NCBI GenBank assembly: GCA_012026655.1
Contig: JAAILG010000231.1
Span: forward strand, 1 to 64,000
From: Hydrolagus affinis
Lineage: Eukaryota
Direction of reading: 5' to 3'
Length of the DNA: 64,000 nucleotides
Each line of letters opens with the position of its first letter. Within the stretch, counting starts at the first letter, position 1. The notes beneath the pieces were generated by a model that ran no database searches, had not been told where the DNA came from, and saw only the letters and a program-made list of their open reading frames with translations. Both the position numbers and the translations under genes were made by a program. Positions 26,381-39,976 of the stretch are shown piece by piece.

Positions 26381-29300
26381 AACAATTCGGATGACACCTT
26401 CCAACATATACAGAAGATTGCCTACACATTACACATGTGACATTCAGAAAGTGCTGTAGTGTATTTTCGGAAATTTGCAAGCTGAGCAAGTAACTTTATG
26501 AACATTTAATTTCATGTGTTTATTCAGTTGAATGTTTTCTTTATGAAGTTCAAGCATCTGTCGTGAAGGGCACTATATAAATGCAAGTTGTTGTGAATTT
26601 ATTTCAGTTGTTTAAGTTTAATTTGAGTGTTCCGTCTTAAAGTTTGCTCTTGAAATAAATTATCTGAATTTAGATCAGGTTGTTTTTAACTGATGGAAAT
26701 TATTACTATAGGTCATTATGGTTTAAAAACCGGGGACTGGACAATGTACAATTCTTTATTCTGTGCAATTGGACATTTACTTAAGTTTTGGAGTTCTATG
26801 AACAACAACAACTTGCATTTGTATAGCGCTCACTCATGCGGGGTGGCATCTTGGAGCCCTTTCATAAGTGTTCAGAGGGGAAATGTGAGCTTATGTTTAT
26901 AAAGTGCTCTTAAGGTTGGATGCTGAGCTAGGAAGAAGGAGAAGTGGGAAATGTGATTGTGGGGTAGGTAGATTTTATTCTGCAACTTGAAGATAGATAG
27001 GTAGGGCAGGACAGATAATAATCCTTGCAATTTTTTTTTACTAAATCAAGGATTATTATTAGATGGATAGAGACAGCAAGTTCCAGAACTTAGAACTGCA
27101 GAGATTTAATTATATTCTTTTAGATTGCATGCCTTACCAATGGAATCCAGTTCTTCCACATAATTATTCCTGCAAACATATTTTCAAAGTTTGCCACAGG
27201 TGCTTTTTGTAATTGAAATTTACAGATTCAAGGTTTAGGAATGTAAAAAATCTTATTTCTAATTTGCAGAATTTGGAACCATTTGTGCACAAATATTAAT
27301 TTTAAAATGCAATGCATTTTCTCTTATATATAGTGAATTCTTCATGTCTTTGTTTACACTTTAGCATATTTTCATAAATGATCCCTAAATTTGTATAGCT
27401 GTAAGTTTATAATCACAATGTTGCTGTCTTGTATTATGTGCAATATTTACATTGTAGTTAACAATTATTTTTTCATTGCAAAAGTTGTGAAAGTGATGAG
27501 GACTTTTCTAAACGGATTATTTTTCTTGTGTTTGGGACATTATAGCTACAGTATCTTAAATGTGTATATTTATGTTTGGGATTAAATATCTCTGAAATTC
27601 CTACACATTGTATTCATTGTCTGTAAGAAGTTTATAGACTTATAATAGACTTATCATCATTGTGAAACATTCACACATGATTTGGCAAACATAAAGCAAT
27701 ATAAGACAGTATTCTGACATTAATGGACTCGTTTTTGCAATATGTTCTCCTCCAATATTCTTCCCATAAGTTCTCCTGAAGGCATTGGGATAAATTTTAT
27801 TTCTACAAATACTGTATATGATTCCATAAGTGCTTAAGCACCCTGTGGTATCTCACCCAATTAAGCATTATTCACATGTGAACCTAGTCAGTGACTGTTG
27901 ACAGGCTATTGGTAAACATTTGAGGCACAACTGATCCGGTTTTCTTCACATAGCATCCACACCTGGACAGGTTGCACAGAGGTTTCCGGGTAGCAGAGTG
28001 GGAAACTAAACATAGAGTAAAATGAAATATTTCTACAATTAGATCTTACAATAAGGAAATCTAGTTTATGTTTTAGAATCCTATCCAAAGACCTTGTAAC
28101 ATACACTAACTGTACATTAAAGATGTATTGGGGCTGTGTTTTCTGTAAAGCGAATATGATACACCTCACACATACGAGTTCAAGAGGCAATATATCAATC
28201 GCTACAAATGGTGTCCCGCCCAATAAGGTACATTGCCATTTGTGTAGGTACATGAGCAGACAGCTCAGACTAAATCCATTATTTTCTTATTAATTGCTTT
28301 AAACTATTGTAAATATTAATATTTTCATTGTTTGATTTTCATTTTATTCATTTTGCGTGAAATATCAAATCAATTAAAATCCTAACATACCATGTTGGGG
28401 TCCTCAAAATATAATAGTTGAATATATATATCTGTATACAGTATATACAATTTGATTATTGCATGCTTCGATCTGTAAGATAACTAATTCGCCCTACTCT
28501 ACATTGTTTGCATCCTTGGCTAGAAAGTATCCTTATCATACTGTACACAATTAGATTAATAATTGAATATTTAAATTTATACCTGAATATACTGCAACTC
28601 CCTCAAATATCTTTGCAACGTTTAATTGCTCGAGCATCACTATTGCGAGGTATGTGTCTGTTTGTCTGACTAGGTTTCTCAAATCCCATCTGACGTAACT
28701 ATTTAAAAAAAACTTTATTGCAAGGATGAGCGAGAGGCAAGGGATACCTGAGATAGTTTCATAGTTTCAAGACCAAATCAATATACATTAACAAACAGTT
28801 TAGCTACGATACGATAAAATTGATTCCATATAACTTAAAAATGCAGGTAATACAATTTGCCTGAGCCCAGGGAAACACTGAATTTCATACATGTTCAATA
28901 TTAAATGAAGAAATATCCAGTCACAAAGATGCTTATGTGGCTCTATCGTGTTGGCAAACATTTATTTACAATGTAAACAACGCTTCCGGTAGCAAAAACG
29001 CCATGAAATTCATATTAAACAAGGAAACCATCTTAGTAACTTTGTATACAACTTTGCTGTAGGTTTGTGCAGATTGTAAACCTGAGGTATTGCATTGAGA
29101 CTGGCCTCCAATTGCTTTGGCTGTTGAGTGAATTTCTTGCATAACCCCCTCAATTAATGCCAGATATCCACTCACTAGCCCGCGTTTTACACGCCACCTT
29201 TAAGGGGGTAGAGATGAGTGTGCACACACGCTTCCAACAGTAATTTTCAACAGTTACAAGCAGCTCACAAAGACCACACAGAGAGTCTAAAGATATGCAA

Positions 29301-29485
29301 ATGTAATCCGTGGTCATTCTGCAAAGCTCCAGGAATGCCCCGGAGGAGTGGGGGGGGGGAGAGAGATGTGCCGGAGTCTAATGGAAAAGCAATCGTTTCT
29401 CAATCATCCGGCCTCAACCGGATTCCGTTAGAAAATTATAGAAATTGGAGATGTTTATGTGCACGTTTAGAAAATGATTCGGAAA

Positions 29486-29538
29486 AATCAGACCTTCAAT
29501 ACTCACTGACAATCAGACCTTCAATACTCACTGACAAT
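29486..29538. repeat. Perfect 25-bp tandem duplication
   Basis: aatcagaccttcaatactcactgac occurs twice (29486-29510, 29511-29535), followed by aat. Confidence 0.95.
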
Positions 29539-32500
29539 GGCTGATAAACGCTGCCATTTTACCTTAGGTGCCGAATAAATTCCACTCAGCCCTGAGGAGA
29601 ATCTCTACACTTGATGAACGCGTGCTGAGAACAGCTGAATACCATCTAAACACTTCCCAACCATTACTATTTTATACCTATTTACCGACAATTCTTTTCC
29701 GGTGAATTAAAATCAGCGTTAATAATAGATACACCAACCAAATGGCGACAATGGCATTAAATCTCCTATTTGTTTTCCCTCCAACGTCCATGCATTCACT
29801 AGAAACTTTCAGAAGGAGAAGCATCTCTGCCAAAATCACCTAGATTCCCTGTTTTTCTTTCTTTTGTTACAAAAAAAAGGGTGTTCGATATAATCAGCTA
29901 AATGCATTAGAAGTTTCATGATGGCATCGCTAACTTTGGAAGTCTCAGAGAAAGAAAAGTTCACTGGATTTTCCTTCTAAAAAATAAATCGTTCAGTTCC
30001 CACCATTTATTTCAGTAATCGTGTTAGTTACAGCAATAAGTTGTTTCTGTGACAAACTTCGAAATGTCTTAAATAATGAAAAGAGATTTAAACCGATATA
30101 GGATGAAAATATACAGTGATACGGCCTGGATTACATGGTACCAACGTATTCTGATATATTGCAAATGTATGATTGACAGCAAAAACAGCTTCAGCCTTGT
30201 GTTTACTTTCGACTACAGTAAATAAAATGCAAAACAGCCGTTTTGTGTTTGTGGGACATTCGCCAATTGTCGGTTCCGGGTGAAGGTTTATCATCTGCTG
30301 GACACTCAAGAGAGTCACACTTCAACTTTTTAAAAAATATATATATGGATCACTAGTTTTTTGTAACATAAATCATTCATTTGGGTGATTAGATCATTGC
30401 GTGTGCGTTTCACTTGAAGTAAACTAATGAATTCGATGAACCACACACGATCTCCACCTTGAAGTAATGCTGACAGTTACTTTAAATTGAATGAAATTTC
30501 CACGTTATTATGAGGGGTAATCCCTGGATTTGGAAGCCAGTTAATTTTCTGAACGGCAAAGTATTAACCAATCTGAGACCGGGTTTATGAAGTTGACCCT
30601 GGAGAATCGCAACGTATCAGAGGCACCTGGGAAACCAGGTTACTTTGGTACCCATTAAACCAACAACTTGTCTTCCAAAAATCAGGCATCCCACGTTAAA
30701 TGGCTGATATGATAACTGTGCCATCGCTCAGTCTCGATGGTGGCGACGCGGGTGCTGTGAACACTTTTTAAGTCATAAACGTTTTAAGTATGCGTTCCCA
30801 ACGGCTATCACGACTTTGCATTTCTGCATTCACTCGCTGTATCATTCACCGTCTCACCAGCTCTCATGATTGCAAATGCGCTTGTTTTTTTTTCAAATGG
30901 AAATAAGACACAAACTGACTATGTGGGCTGAATCCGAATCAGCGGTTGGAAGCCTTCTCAAACCTTGCATTGAAAAGAAGCCTAACTGAAGAAGACCTGC
31001 GCAGCAACCCGGCCCTTCTTTATCTGAGTGGGGTCGATCTATTTCCCAACTTTTGCCATTTGTGAGTGTCTGTGCTGGATAATTGTGTTACCATTGTAAA
31101 TTGCCCAAACAGAAACCCAGAGAGCGGTACTTTTCTTCGTCTGGGTCTTGCCGCTGATTTCTCCCAACAATAGCTTCAATGACTTGCATAGAATCGCCTT
31201 ATTGAAGCGAACAAATGGGGGAGCTTCATGTCTCCGCGGGGGGGGGTGGAGAGGGGAGAGAAAATCACGAGATTTGAGTTGTTTGTCACTGCAGCGATCT
31301 TTAGACAAATTAGACTACCATTGACTGTACTCGAACATTATATCTGTTGATAGCTGCCAGCCAGTCAGCCAAATAAATAGCTCAGTGATGCTTTTCTTTC
31401 TAAAAAAAACAGGCGGTACGTGGAATTGCGAAGATGTCCATTAGTGCTGTTGACTAAATCCGGCAGAGATGTGACGCTGGATAAAAAGAATCAGCGGTCC
31501 TCGATTTATAATTTTACATAACGATATAAACCTATTATGCGCTCATTAAAAAATCCTTCTGAGCTCCCCCATATCATGTAATTAAAGTCAGAATATTAAT
31601 GTTTGACCTTATTACTGTCGGGTCCCGAATTTATTAACGCCAACCTGACAACAATTAATCACTTACTGTGCAATTTATAAGCTAAAGATATAATTCAAAG
31701 TACTTCTGCCTTGCTCGCTATAAGTAATGCGATTTAGACCTAATATAAATGTATCAATGTAATGGGAGAAATTGTTATACATAAGTATATATATATATAT
31801 ATATATAATGAGTGATGTTTCCTGGAAATGTAATGAAATGGCACAATTATTCAGTGACTATCTTCAAGCTTTGCATTGGCATACTTACAGTATATGACTT
31901 CATGCGGCCATATTTCTGATCAAAAGTTTACGATTAAGAGAGTAGTGTGTAGATTTCATTTCGGTTAGTTTCAATATGCAACATTCTGGTAGGTATACGA
32001 TTTTAATGGGGAAAAAAATCCATTTAGTTAAGTCAAAATGCTTTCCGAAATTTCCGTGCAGGAAATAATTTGAAAAGTGAAAGGGAATTATTAAACAGCG
32101 TGGACAAGATTTACCCTTCCTTCCATTGAATACTTAACACCATCCGCAAATGAACTGTTTCGGGTTCACGTCTCCTTTCTTCCCCAAACGTTTACATTTC
32201 TGTTGACTGAAAGGTGGAAATTTAACACTCGAGTTGACACCCGCAAGTTCATTAATAATTAGTAAGCCGGAAAAGTACATTTCACATCAAAACTAACAGG
32301 AGATAATGACATTCATAGAAACGCGGAAACAAGCGGATCTCCCTCCAATCTGTTTTGATGATGTTTGGGTCGCCAGCTTGTAATTAGCGTTTCATTTCCA
32401 GGTCATGTGGGAAACACTGGCGGCCAATTCTGGCTGATTTGCCTTCATTTCAATATCACTGACTCCACATTCCATGCCTTTTTTTAAAAAAAACATAAGT

Positions 32501-35500
32501 TGCTTCTTTTTGATGACTTCCAACACGAGATAATTCGTACTATTTGATTTATTATAACACCACTTCATTTCAATAATCTTGGAATTACCCCGACCCTCCC
32601 CCCCCCCCACACTCCCTTAGCATTTACATCCTGGGTGAATAGAGCAATGAATTATTTAACAACAAACAAGAAATGTATGTCAAGATTTATAGGGTGCATA
32701 ACCTTCAGTCCTGTTCATCTACTATGTTATGAGGATAACCTCGTTATTTTCAGTTTCTTACATCAACTGTTTAACAAATCATTGTTCAGCTGACTATTTT
32801 GGTGGGATTCTGTACGGATTACAGTGCACCATAATTCTGTAAAATAAATAAACTTAGCGAGAACAGGTACCATGCCACGTTGATGTTAAATGAACAGAAC
32901 ATTGCACCCGAAATGAATTCACAGTTTTACGAAATGCAAATAGAAAACAAAATTGATGTTCTGCTGCGACGTGTAACACATCTGACACATTTCTTCACTG
33001 GATTTTGAAACGATGAAAATAAGACTAACCAAATCAAGACCGAAAATGGCATTTTAGCTGAACATAATTATTACAAAAGAATCGAGAGACATGTTATTAA
33101 ATCAGCGGCCTATCAGCTTTAGTTTCATAGAAATGCATATTGTAAACTCAACCATTGGCAATATCAATTTTGCTACATTAGATGATGTAATAGATTAGAA
33201 GGTTTATCGGCGAAAGTTTTCCTGAATTCGATGCCTGTTCTGGATCCGCTAAATGTGTTATGAAAGCGAAATCGTTTGCAAATGAAAAGATTCCGCCTTG
33301 TTCAAACGATTTTTTTTTAAAAAAATGGGTTAGTCTTTGTAATTTGTATAGTTATTTACTGCTTCGAAATGGATTCCATTTTTGAATCCAAGGTACGGAT
33401 TTGTAGACGACAAGTGAAACGACAGGAATACGTGAAATAAACAACAAAAAATAATCCTCGCCTTTGAGAGAGGGCCTTATCACATCTTGCAACAAAACTA
33501 GTTATTGTGTTTTAAATAATAATCTTAGACCCGTTATAAGGCTCTGAATATCAGTCAGGCGGCAAAGGGATCGTGAGCGATGGTTCTCTCTCTCTCCGGT
33601 TATTAGCTCAGTAACAAAATAAAAAAGACTCCGCCACTTCACTACATTCCTTTGGCGACACAAGAAAACGAAGAAATTCGTGTTATTATAGATTCAGTGA
33701 GAGTGGGTTATGTAGGAAGCAGAGTTTTGTTCTACAAATCACCAGATTTCAATATAATTGTCATCTGCTATCAGCAGTAAATAGCTGCGCTCACACACAC
33801 ACAAGAATAAATACCGCAAACGCGCGTAGCCCTTTGCCTTCACATAACGAGTTGTCTGAGAACATTGCCTGCACTCGATTCATGTACTGCAATCATATTG
33901 CATTTTTTTTGTCGACATTTCTATGGCAAGCAATTCATTTAAATTCTTAGCTTGAAGCGTCATCGGTGTTTGTTTTGTACTCTCTTTTCAATCTGGTTAC
34001 AACTTCAAAGTGCGTTTCACTAACGTTTTTGCTGGAATATTTTTTTCTATAACATAAAACATATTATTTAACATTTCCGTACTTGGTAAAGATGCAACAA
34101 AGAAATTTCGCCAAGTATTACACTAGGCGAAAAATTTAAATAAATTTTCGACGAAGCGCATACATACAATGGAGGAAAATAAAATCATGCGCCATATAAT
34201 CATGTAAATTTTAATAACTGTCCTTGCATTTGGAAGGATTTACAATATTTGTGTATTATCTGAATAAAACTTCACATCTGACTTCGAAAGGTAGCGATCA
34301 TACCGATTATATGAACAGTGAGGCATGAAGGCCAAACAATCACATCCAACTGAATTCATCCAAATGGCTATTTTTAAAGAAAAATATAGATTGTTATTTC
34401 CGGAAAAATCTGTCGATTTTAGTCCAATTCACGATTCCGGAACATTGAACTAGGCCGCATCAAGCCATAGCTTGTAAAGTATATTAATTTAAGTTTTTTA
34501 TTATTGTTTACTCTGTGTCCAGTGAAACTAGAACATTTTCATTTAAATTAACTACAATAAAGGGTTTTATGTATATATCACTAACTAATGCTTAGTGCAT
34601 TTTTGTTCAGTTTTTGCAAAGAAACAGCAGCGATCAAAACGGTGATACAATGTTATATAGATCCAGCCCTTTCTGTGAGAGTACATGTTAACTGAGAGCT
34701 TCAGGCGCACCTTTTTAACAAACACTGATGGAACCTTTTTGACCTACCTGGGTACCTCTACTTCTGCCACATCATTCATCAGAACCAGGACAACACAAGA
34801 TTTTCAACAAAAAAAAGGATTGAAGAAGTTCAGCATTTTTGCTTTGGAAAAAAAAATAATCCCAGATCTGATTCTACAGTACATTTTTCTGCACAAATTA
34901 AATTGGAATGTTTCGATTAAAAAATAAGATAATTATTACATTGAAAGTCACTTAATGTGCGAGCATGCGGTAAGTCCTATATGAAAACCGAATGGTATGT
35001 AAACCGCTGAAAGCCTCTACTTGCGGGATTTCCCTGAGAGAATGGAGTTTTGAGTGTCCCCCCCACCCCCCACCCACCATCAGCCCCCAAACCCCATCTA
35101 GTCTGTGAATGCCATATTCTGAAGAGCCCAGAGCTGAGCTGCCTCTTGAGGAAGGCGCTTTCACTTGTAACAGAAAAGGTTTATGATGCGTGGCGAATAA
35201 AAACCATTTATTTTAAGTATCTAGAAATAAACCCTTCATAGATAGCTCCAAGAAAGATAAAGAAGTTTGCAACTTAAATGCAAGTTTCCTCATTTTTTTT
35301 CTTTATAGGATTCAGTGATATATAGGAAGGTTTACAAAGGCTTAATTTGCATTTTTTTTTGATAATTCTATCATCCAACCTTTGATTCTGCAATTCTTTA
35401 CGCTGCGATCAAAACGTGCATTCACATTTCACACTGAATTAACGATACTGCTAGATATTACAATAACAATAACGTTATTAATAATACTTTCAATTGATAA

Positions 35501-35901
35501 GGCGCCTTATCACTTATTTATTTCTATGAAAGCAAATTGCTCGTAACTGCAACTTAAGAGTGACCAACTTTATAAATGCAATGTAAATATGCCTTACACA
35601 GACAGTTATGTCTATTTTAACAAGGCTGCAACATAGAATGGTTAGCGGAATTTAAATATTTTGCATGTTTGTATCAACTGATTCGACAACAATACAATCT
35701 AATGAATTAACTCTTTACTGTAAATAACAGCACAAACATCTAAATTACATTGACAATATTGCAAATAGTGAGAAAGAGAAAATATTTTCCCTAAACCGAT
35801 TTTCCATTTTGTTAATAAACTAACTGCAGAAAAAAATAGAAAACCAAGAACAATAGGGTGTTTCTTGTCTGGGTACTTGGCTTTTTATCACTGAGCAAAG
35901 T

Positions 35902-36030
35902 GAACAACAACAACAAAATTACATTTGTGTAACGCCTTTCTAGTCAGTAGGACGTCCCAAGGCGCTGAACAGTCAATGTTTCAGACCCGAGCTGGGGTCG
36001 GGATTGGGGAGGGTGTAGGAGAGGAGGGGA
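35902..36030 (-). mobile_element. Short L2 3'-tail relic
   Basis: aacaacaacaacaaaattacatttgtgtaacgcctttc...ggacgtcccaaggcgctgaacagtc...ggggagggtgtaggag has the same architecture as the 24441 tail. Confidence 0.7.
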
Positions 36031-37275
36031 TTATCACTGAGTAAAGTCAATCCTCTGCAGGCGAGAGAATCAAACATTAGTTTCAAATTCGTATCGATAA
36101 ATTGATATTGATCTTTGACTTTCTCCAAAAACAATCAATGGCAAAATTATTTAATTATGTATTTATATTTTCAGTGTAGATACGTAAAATTGTTAGGTTT
36201 TTCCATTCCACTGTGTTGAACTATTCTGTACAACGACAACGTGGGCAAATGGAGGAATTATTTGCTGCCCGCAGTAAATATTTATTTACAGATAAACTAA
36301 GCAAAGGATTCAAGAAATATACATGTAACTTGCAGCTTGGTCGCTTGGTTGTTATAAACGGGAAATATTTAATCGGCATTTGAAATATGTGTGCTCAATC
36401 AATACTAAAATACCCAGATGACTACAAGCCTAGTTTTAAATGGGCCTGAGCCCGGCCGAGCAACATGTAGATCATTGCCTTTTGTCTACAGCAAACAACT
36501 GAGATTTCCTTAATGCCAAAACAAACAGTGTCTTCCAACGAGAAATCATAAGCGCTCGCTCTAATTGAAATGCACTTTGCCCTCATTATCTACTTTAACT
36601 ATAATTCGCTCCATGGAATTAATCCAAAATTAATTTCGGCGAAGCGATGTGAGTGTTTAACATCGTTAGATATCTCTGCAGTTTACGATCAATTCACGAA
36701 TTGAAACCACTGACGTTTGACGTATCTGGACTTTGAACCGCTGATTATCGACAGCACCGCTAACAGAGCAGGTCATTCCGCACTGGACTTACTTACACTA
36801 CCTTCATTGTACAGGGCCGCGGTTAATACTATCATCATACCAATGGACCTGGCGTTTCAAAATTAGCTAAATTCAAATCACAGTTTCCTCAGTAAAAATG
36901 ACTTGCTTGCTCCCCCACTAGCCACCAAAGCCTATGAAACTATTCAGTTAGTCCACGTGCTCTCATTGTAAACAGTGATTAAACCAAAATGTAATACCTT
37001 ATCAGTTCCTGTGTGTTTGTTCAACCGGCTCCATTGGTGCCTTGAAATAAAGAAAACCGTGGAAGACCTTTCTAGCTGCTCATTGCTTTTGTGATAGCTG
37101 GAAAAAGCGACATTGTCGACTCGTTTTCCTGTACTATGGGAAATAAAACTACAGTTTGATATGTTTTACAGCATGAGGGACTGAGATTTTCACTAGAATA
37201 AACGGCGTTGACATCAAGGCAAAGATACAATATGCAATAAAAACAATTCTAAGTATTTCGTTTTAAGTTTCATAA

Positions 37276-37281
37276 TTTATT
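37276..37281 (-). terminator. Candidate polyadenylation signal of NKX2-1 (AATAAA)
   Basis: TTTATT on the plus strand about 655 bp past the stop codon. A U-rich downstream element (ttgtttttattg on minus) lies at about 37235-37247. Confidence 0.5.
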
Positions 37282-37936
37282 AGAAGCTCTCAGCACTATA
37301 TTTACACCGATTATCTATTTTAAGTTACAACAAAAACGACTCTCTGACGCGGTCAATAACGAACAAACTATCAAATACTGTACACGCTTAGTCCATCATG
37401 AAAACTTTTTTTTACAGTGTAATATACAGATTACTAAAAACTATAAATTCAGCCCAGGTGTGTGTATTTTACAGAAATATACACCTAAGTTTTATGGTAA
37501 AAACTAAGAGAATGTCACGTTGTGTTAAATAAACTATTGCATTTCATCCCTTTCGGAGGAAAGCATATTAAAGGGTGTCGTTTTTTAAACACTGGGTTAT
37601 GTTTCGAAAAGTCTTTTCTAAACAACGCCACCGCCAAAATATTATATTTACAGACCTTACATATGAACAGATCTGTGCTCTGTATCATTTAGTATATATC
37701 TGCATATTCGAGAAAACCTATTCAATCCGACATTATGTCCAATCAGCAATATACTGCCGGTCTATCAAAAAAAAACAATTTAACGTTTAGCCATCACTTC
37801 AACCCGGAGATTTGTATATTGTCCGAGAGAATGTTCCTATATTGACGCACATCTACAAAATAGTTTTTTTTTACTAAAGCACAGTAGACATGAATCAATA
37901 CAGCGTGGAGGTGGTACACTCATCGAGTGATTCAAT

Positions 37937-38601
37937 TCACCAGGTCCTGCCATACATTAAGGTAGAGCAGGACATTGCTGTACCATAATCAGAATTGGAA
38001 GAGTTTAAGTGAGACAAGCTAGTGATGTGGCTTTGGAGAGATGGGCTTGCCGAGGTCTGTCCTAATTCCGATGTCTGACCTGTGCTATTTGCCTGCTGGC
38101 TTTGAGATGGGCCGTTGGGAGCTACTGTGATTGCAGTGTTGGGAACTTGCTGCTGGGCCTGCAGGGGGGTGGTTGGGGCATTGACACTGCCTTGGCATGG
38201 TTTGCCATCCTTAACCAGCACAGGTACCGCTACTCTTCTGGGCGACAGTTGCTGTTGTTGCTGCTGACAAGAGCTGCTGTCTTGCTGCATGTGCTGCTGC
38301 GCCGCCTTGTCTTTGGCTTGCCGTTTCATCTTATAGCGGTGATTCTGGAACCAGATCTTCACCTGGGTAGGCGTAAGGTGGATCATACTGGCCAAATGTT
38401 CCCTTTCAGGGGCCGAGAGATATCTCTGTTGCTTGAAGCGCCTTTCCAGCTCGTAAACCTGGGCTTGAGAGAACAGCACCCTGCGTTTCCTCCGCGGTGT
38501 GCTCTGGAGAGGAGCCATAGGTTTGCCAATATCTCCAAGGGAGCCCAAAGCGCCCATTCCGCCCATGTTCATTCCCGAGGATGGCGCCATGAAGCGGGAA
38601 A
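37937..38601 (-). CDS. NKX2-1: NKX2-1 (TTF-1) coding exon 2: homeodomain, NK2-specific domain and C-terminus
   Basis: Acceptor gttttctag|TT at 38602/38601 gives ISRFMAP when spliced to the phase-1 exon 1. Homeodomain [60 protein letters not shown] has the NK2-diagnostic Y54. NK2-SD is [17 protein letters not shown]. The C-terminus [18 protein letters not shown] is NKX2-1-like, not NKX2-4-like. TGA at 37939-37937. Confidence 0.96.
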
Positions 38602-39606
38602 CTAGAAAACAGGGACACATAAATAAACTTAGACAAAAATGTCAACAGACCAATGTATAAATGTTACTATGACATGCCAAGTGTGTCCTCACTCCTTCGC
38701 AATTTATAAACAATCTCACAACGCGTGTTGACTGCTGACCAATTACATTAACATCTAATATTAAGATGTATTTGAGCAGTTTGATCGCAGTGAACATTTC
38801 AAAGTTTCAAAAGGATATTTAAGGATTTTTTTCAGATGAGCATTTAATCTAAACAATGCTAAACTAAATTAAGCAACCCTGCTCATTTTTTTAAAGCAAC
38901 AAAAATGAAATTTCTGCACAAATGATCCGGGTGTCAAAGGGTATTTTATGTACAAATATAATGTAACTTAAGGATAGTGCAACCGAATTATTTAAATAGC
39001 GTTATCAACATAAAATAAAAGGTTGCTTTCCTGTTCAATATGTCAGACACTCGGCTGAACACCCCCCTCCCCCCCCCCCCACCCCCCAAAAAAATATTTT
39101 AAAAACCTATTTCACATTTGTTCAGTGCATTATTTTGACATATGTTCACTTTAATCTGGCTGAATTCGCAGAGTGTTTGCAACTCGAGTAAAATGCCTCG
39201 AGTGGTCAGAAAAAGTTAGTTTCAATCTGAAGTAAAACGGTTGAAACCGAAGTTATGTTTATTTATTCTCAATAAAGTCCCCCCCAGAAATCCAGAAAGG
39301 AATGTGTTACCAGAACTAATTATATATTGGGAATAAGCGTGGATTCTAAAACAAATTGTTGGGGCTTAGATCCTTAAATGAAAGATATGTTGGAAAAGAG
39401 GCAAGCACATGAATTGGGAGAAAACATGGATTTCGAAACATGGATTGAAAACATAAACAAGCGGAGACAATTTTAATAAAAACTATCCGTATCTACAACT
39501 TCAGCAAATTTCCAGACAGACACGTGAATTTTTTCCCCGCTATCCGTTTTCTCAGTTAATGAGTCAGCTATATTCCCCTTATTAGAAACCAGTTATTTCG
39601 ACTTAC

Positions 39607-39976
39607 TCGATGAAAAGCGTGGATCCGGATTTGTCCCGTACCAGCTCGTGGCACTTGCACTGTTCCTCATAGTGTCCTGGTAAGCAGGAAGTTCGCCCAT
39701 GTTGCCAATATTGCCGTTGCAATAGCCTCCCATAGCCGTGTGCGATAGCTGGGGGACCCCGTGCGACATGTGATAGGTTGCCGTAGGCATCGAAGTGGTA
39801 TGTCCGAGAGAGTGTTGCTGCATCCCCGGCTGAGAGACCTGAGGCTGCCGGTAGGCTGTCAAGTGAGCTCCGAGGTTGCCCGCCGCGTCCATGCCAACTT
39901 TCTTGTAGCTCTCCTCGATCGGACTCAAAATATCTGAAACTGAGAAGGGCGTAGTGTGCTTGGGGCTCATGGACAT
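39607..39976 (-). CDS. NKX2-1: NKX2-1 coding exon 1 (TN/eh1 domain); spliced product 344 aa, intron 38602-39606 (1005 bp)
   Basis: [29 protein letters not shown]...[41 protein letters not shown], then donor A|GTAAGT at 39606. 370 + 665 nt = 345 codons, in frame. Confidence 0.96.

Noticed and set aside
28400-37200. SFTA3 coding orthologue
   Set aside because: No ORF or exon with recognisable similarity.
38102-38605. 167-aa plus-strand ORF, and other ORFs overlapping the homeobox exons (39603-40052, 63098-63743)
   Set aside because: Antisense or alternate-frame shadows of GC-richer coding exons, with no recognisable domains.
37937-39976. Assignment as NKX2-4
   Set aside because: The MSMSP start, EESYKKVGM and SDYG..MSCSTL.YGRTW end, plus the MBIP-like and NKX2-8-like neighbours, favour NKX2-1.
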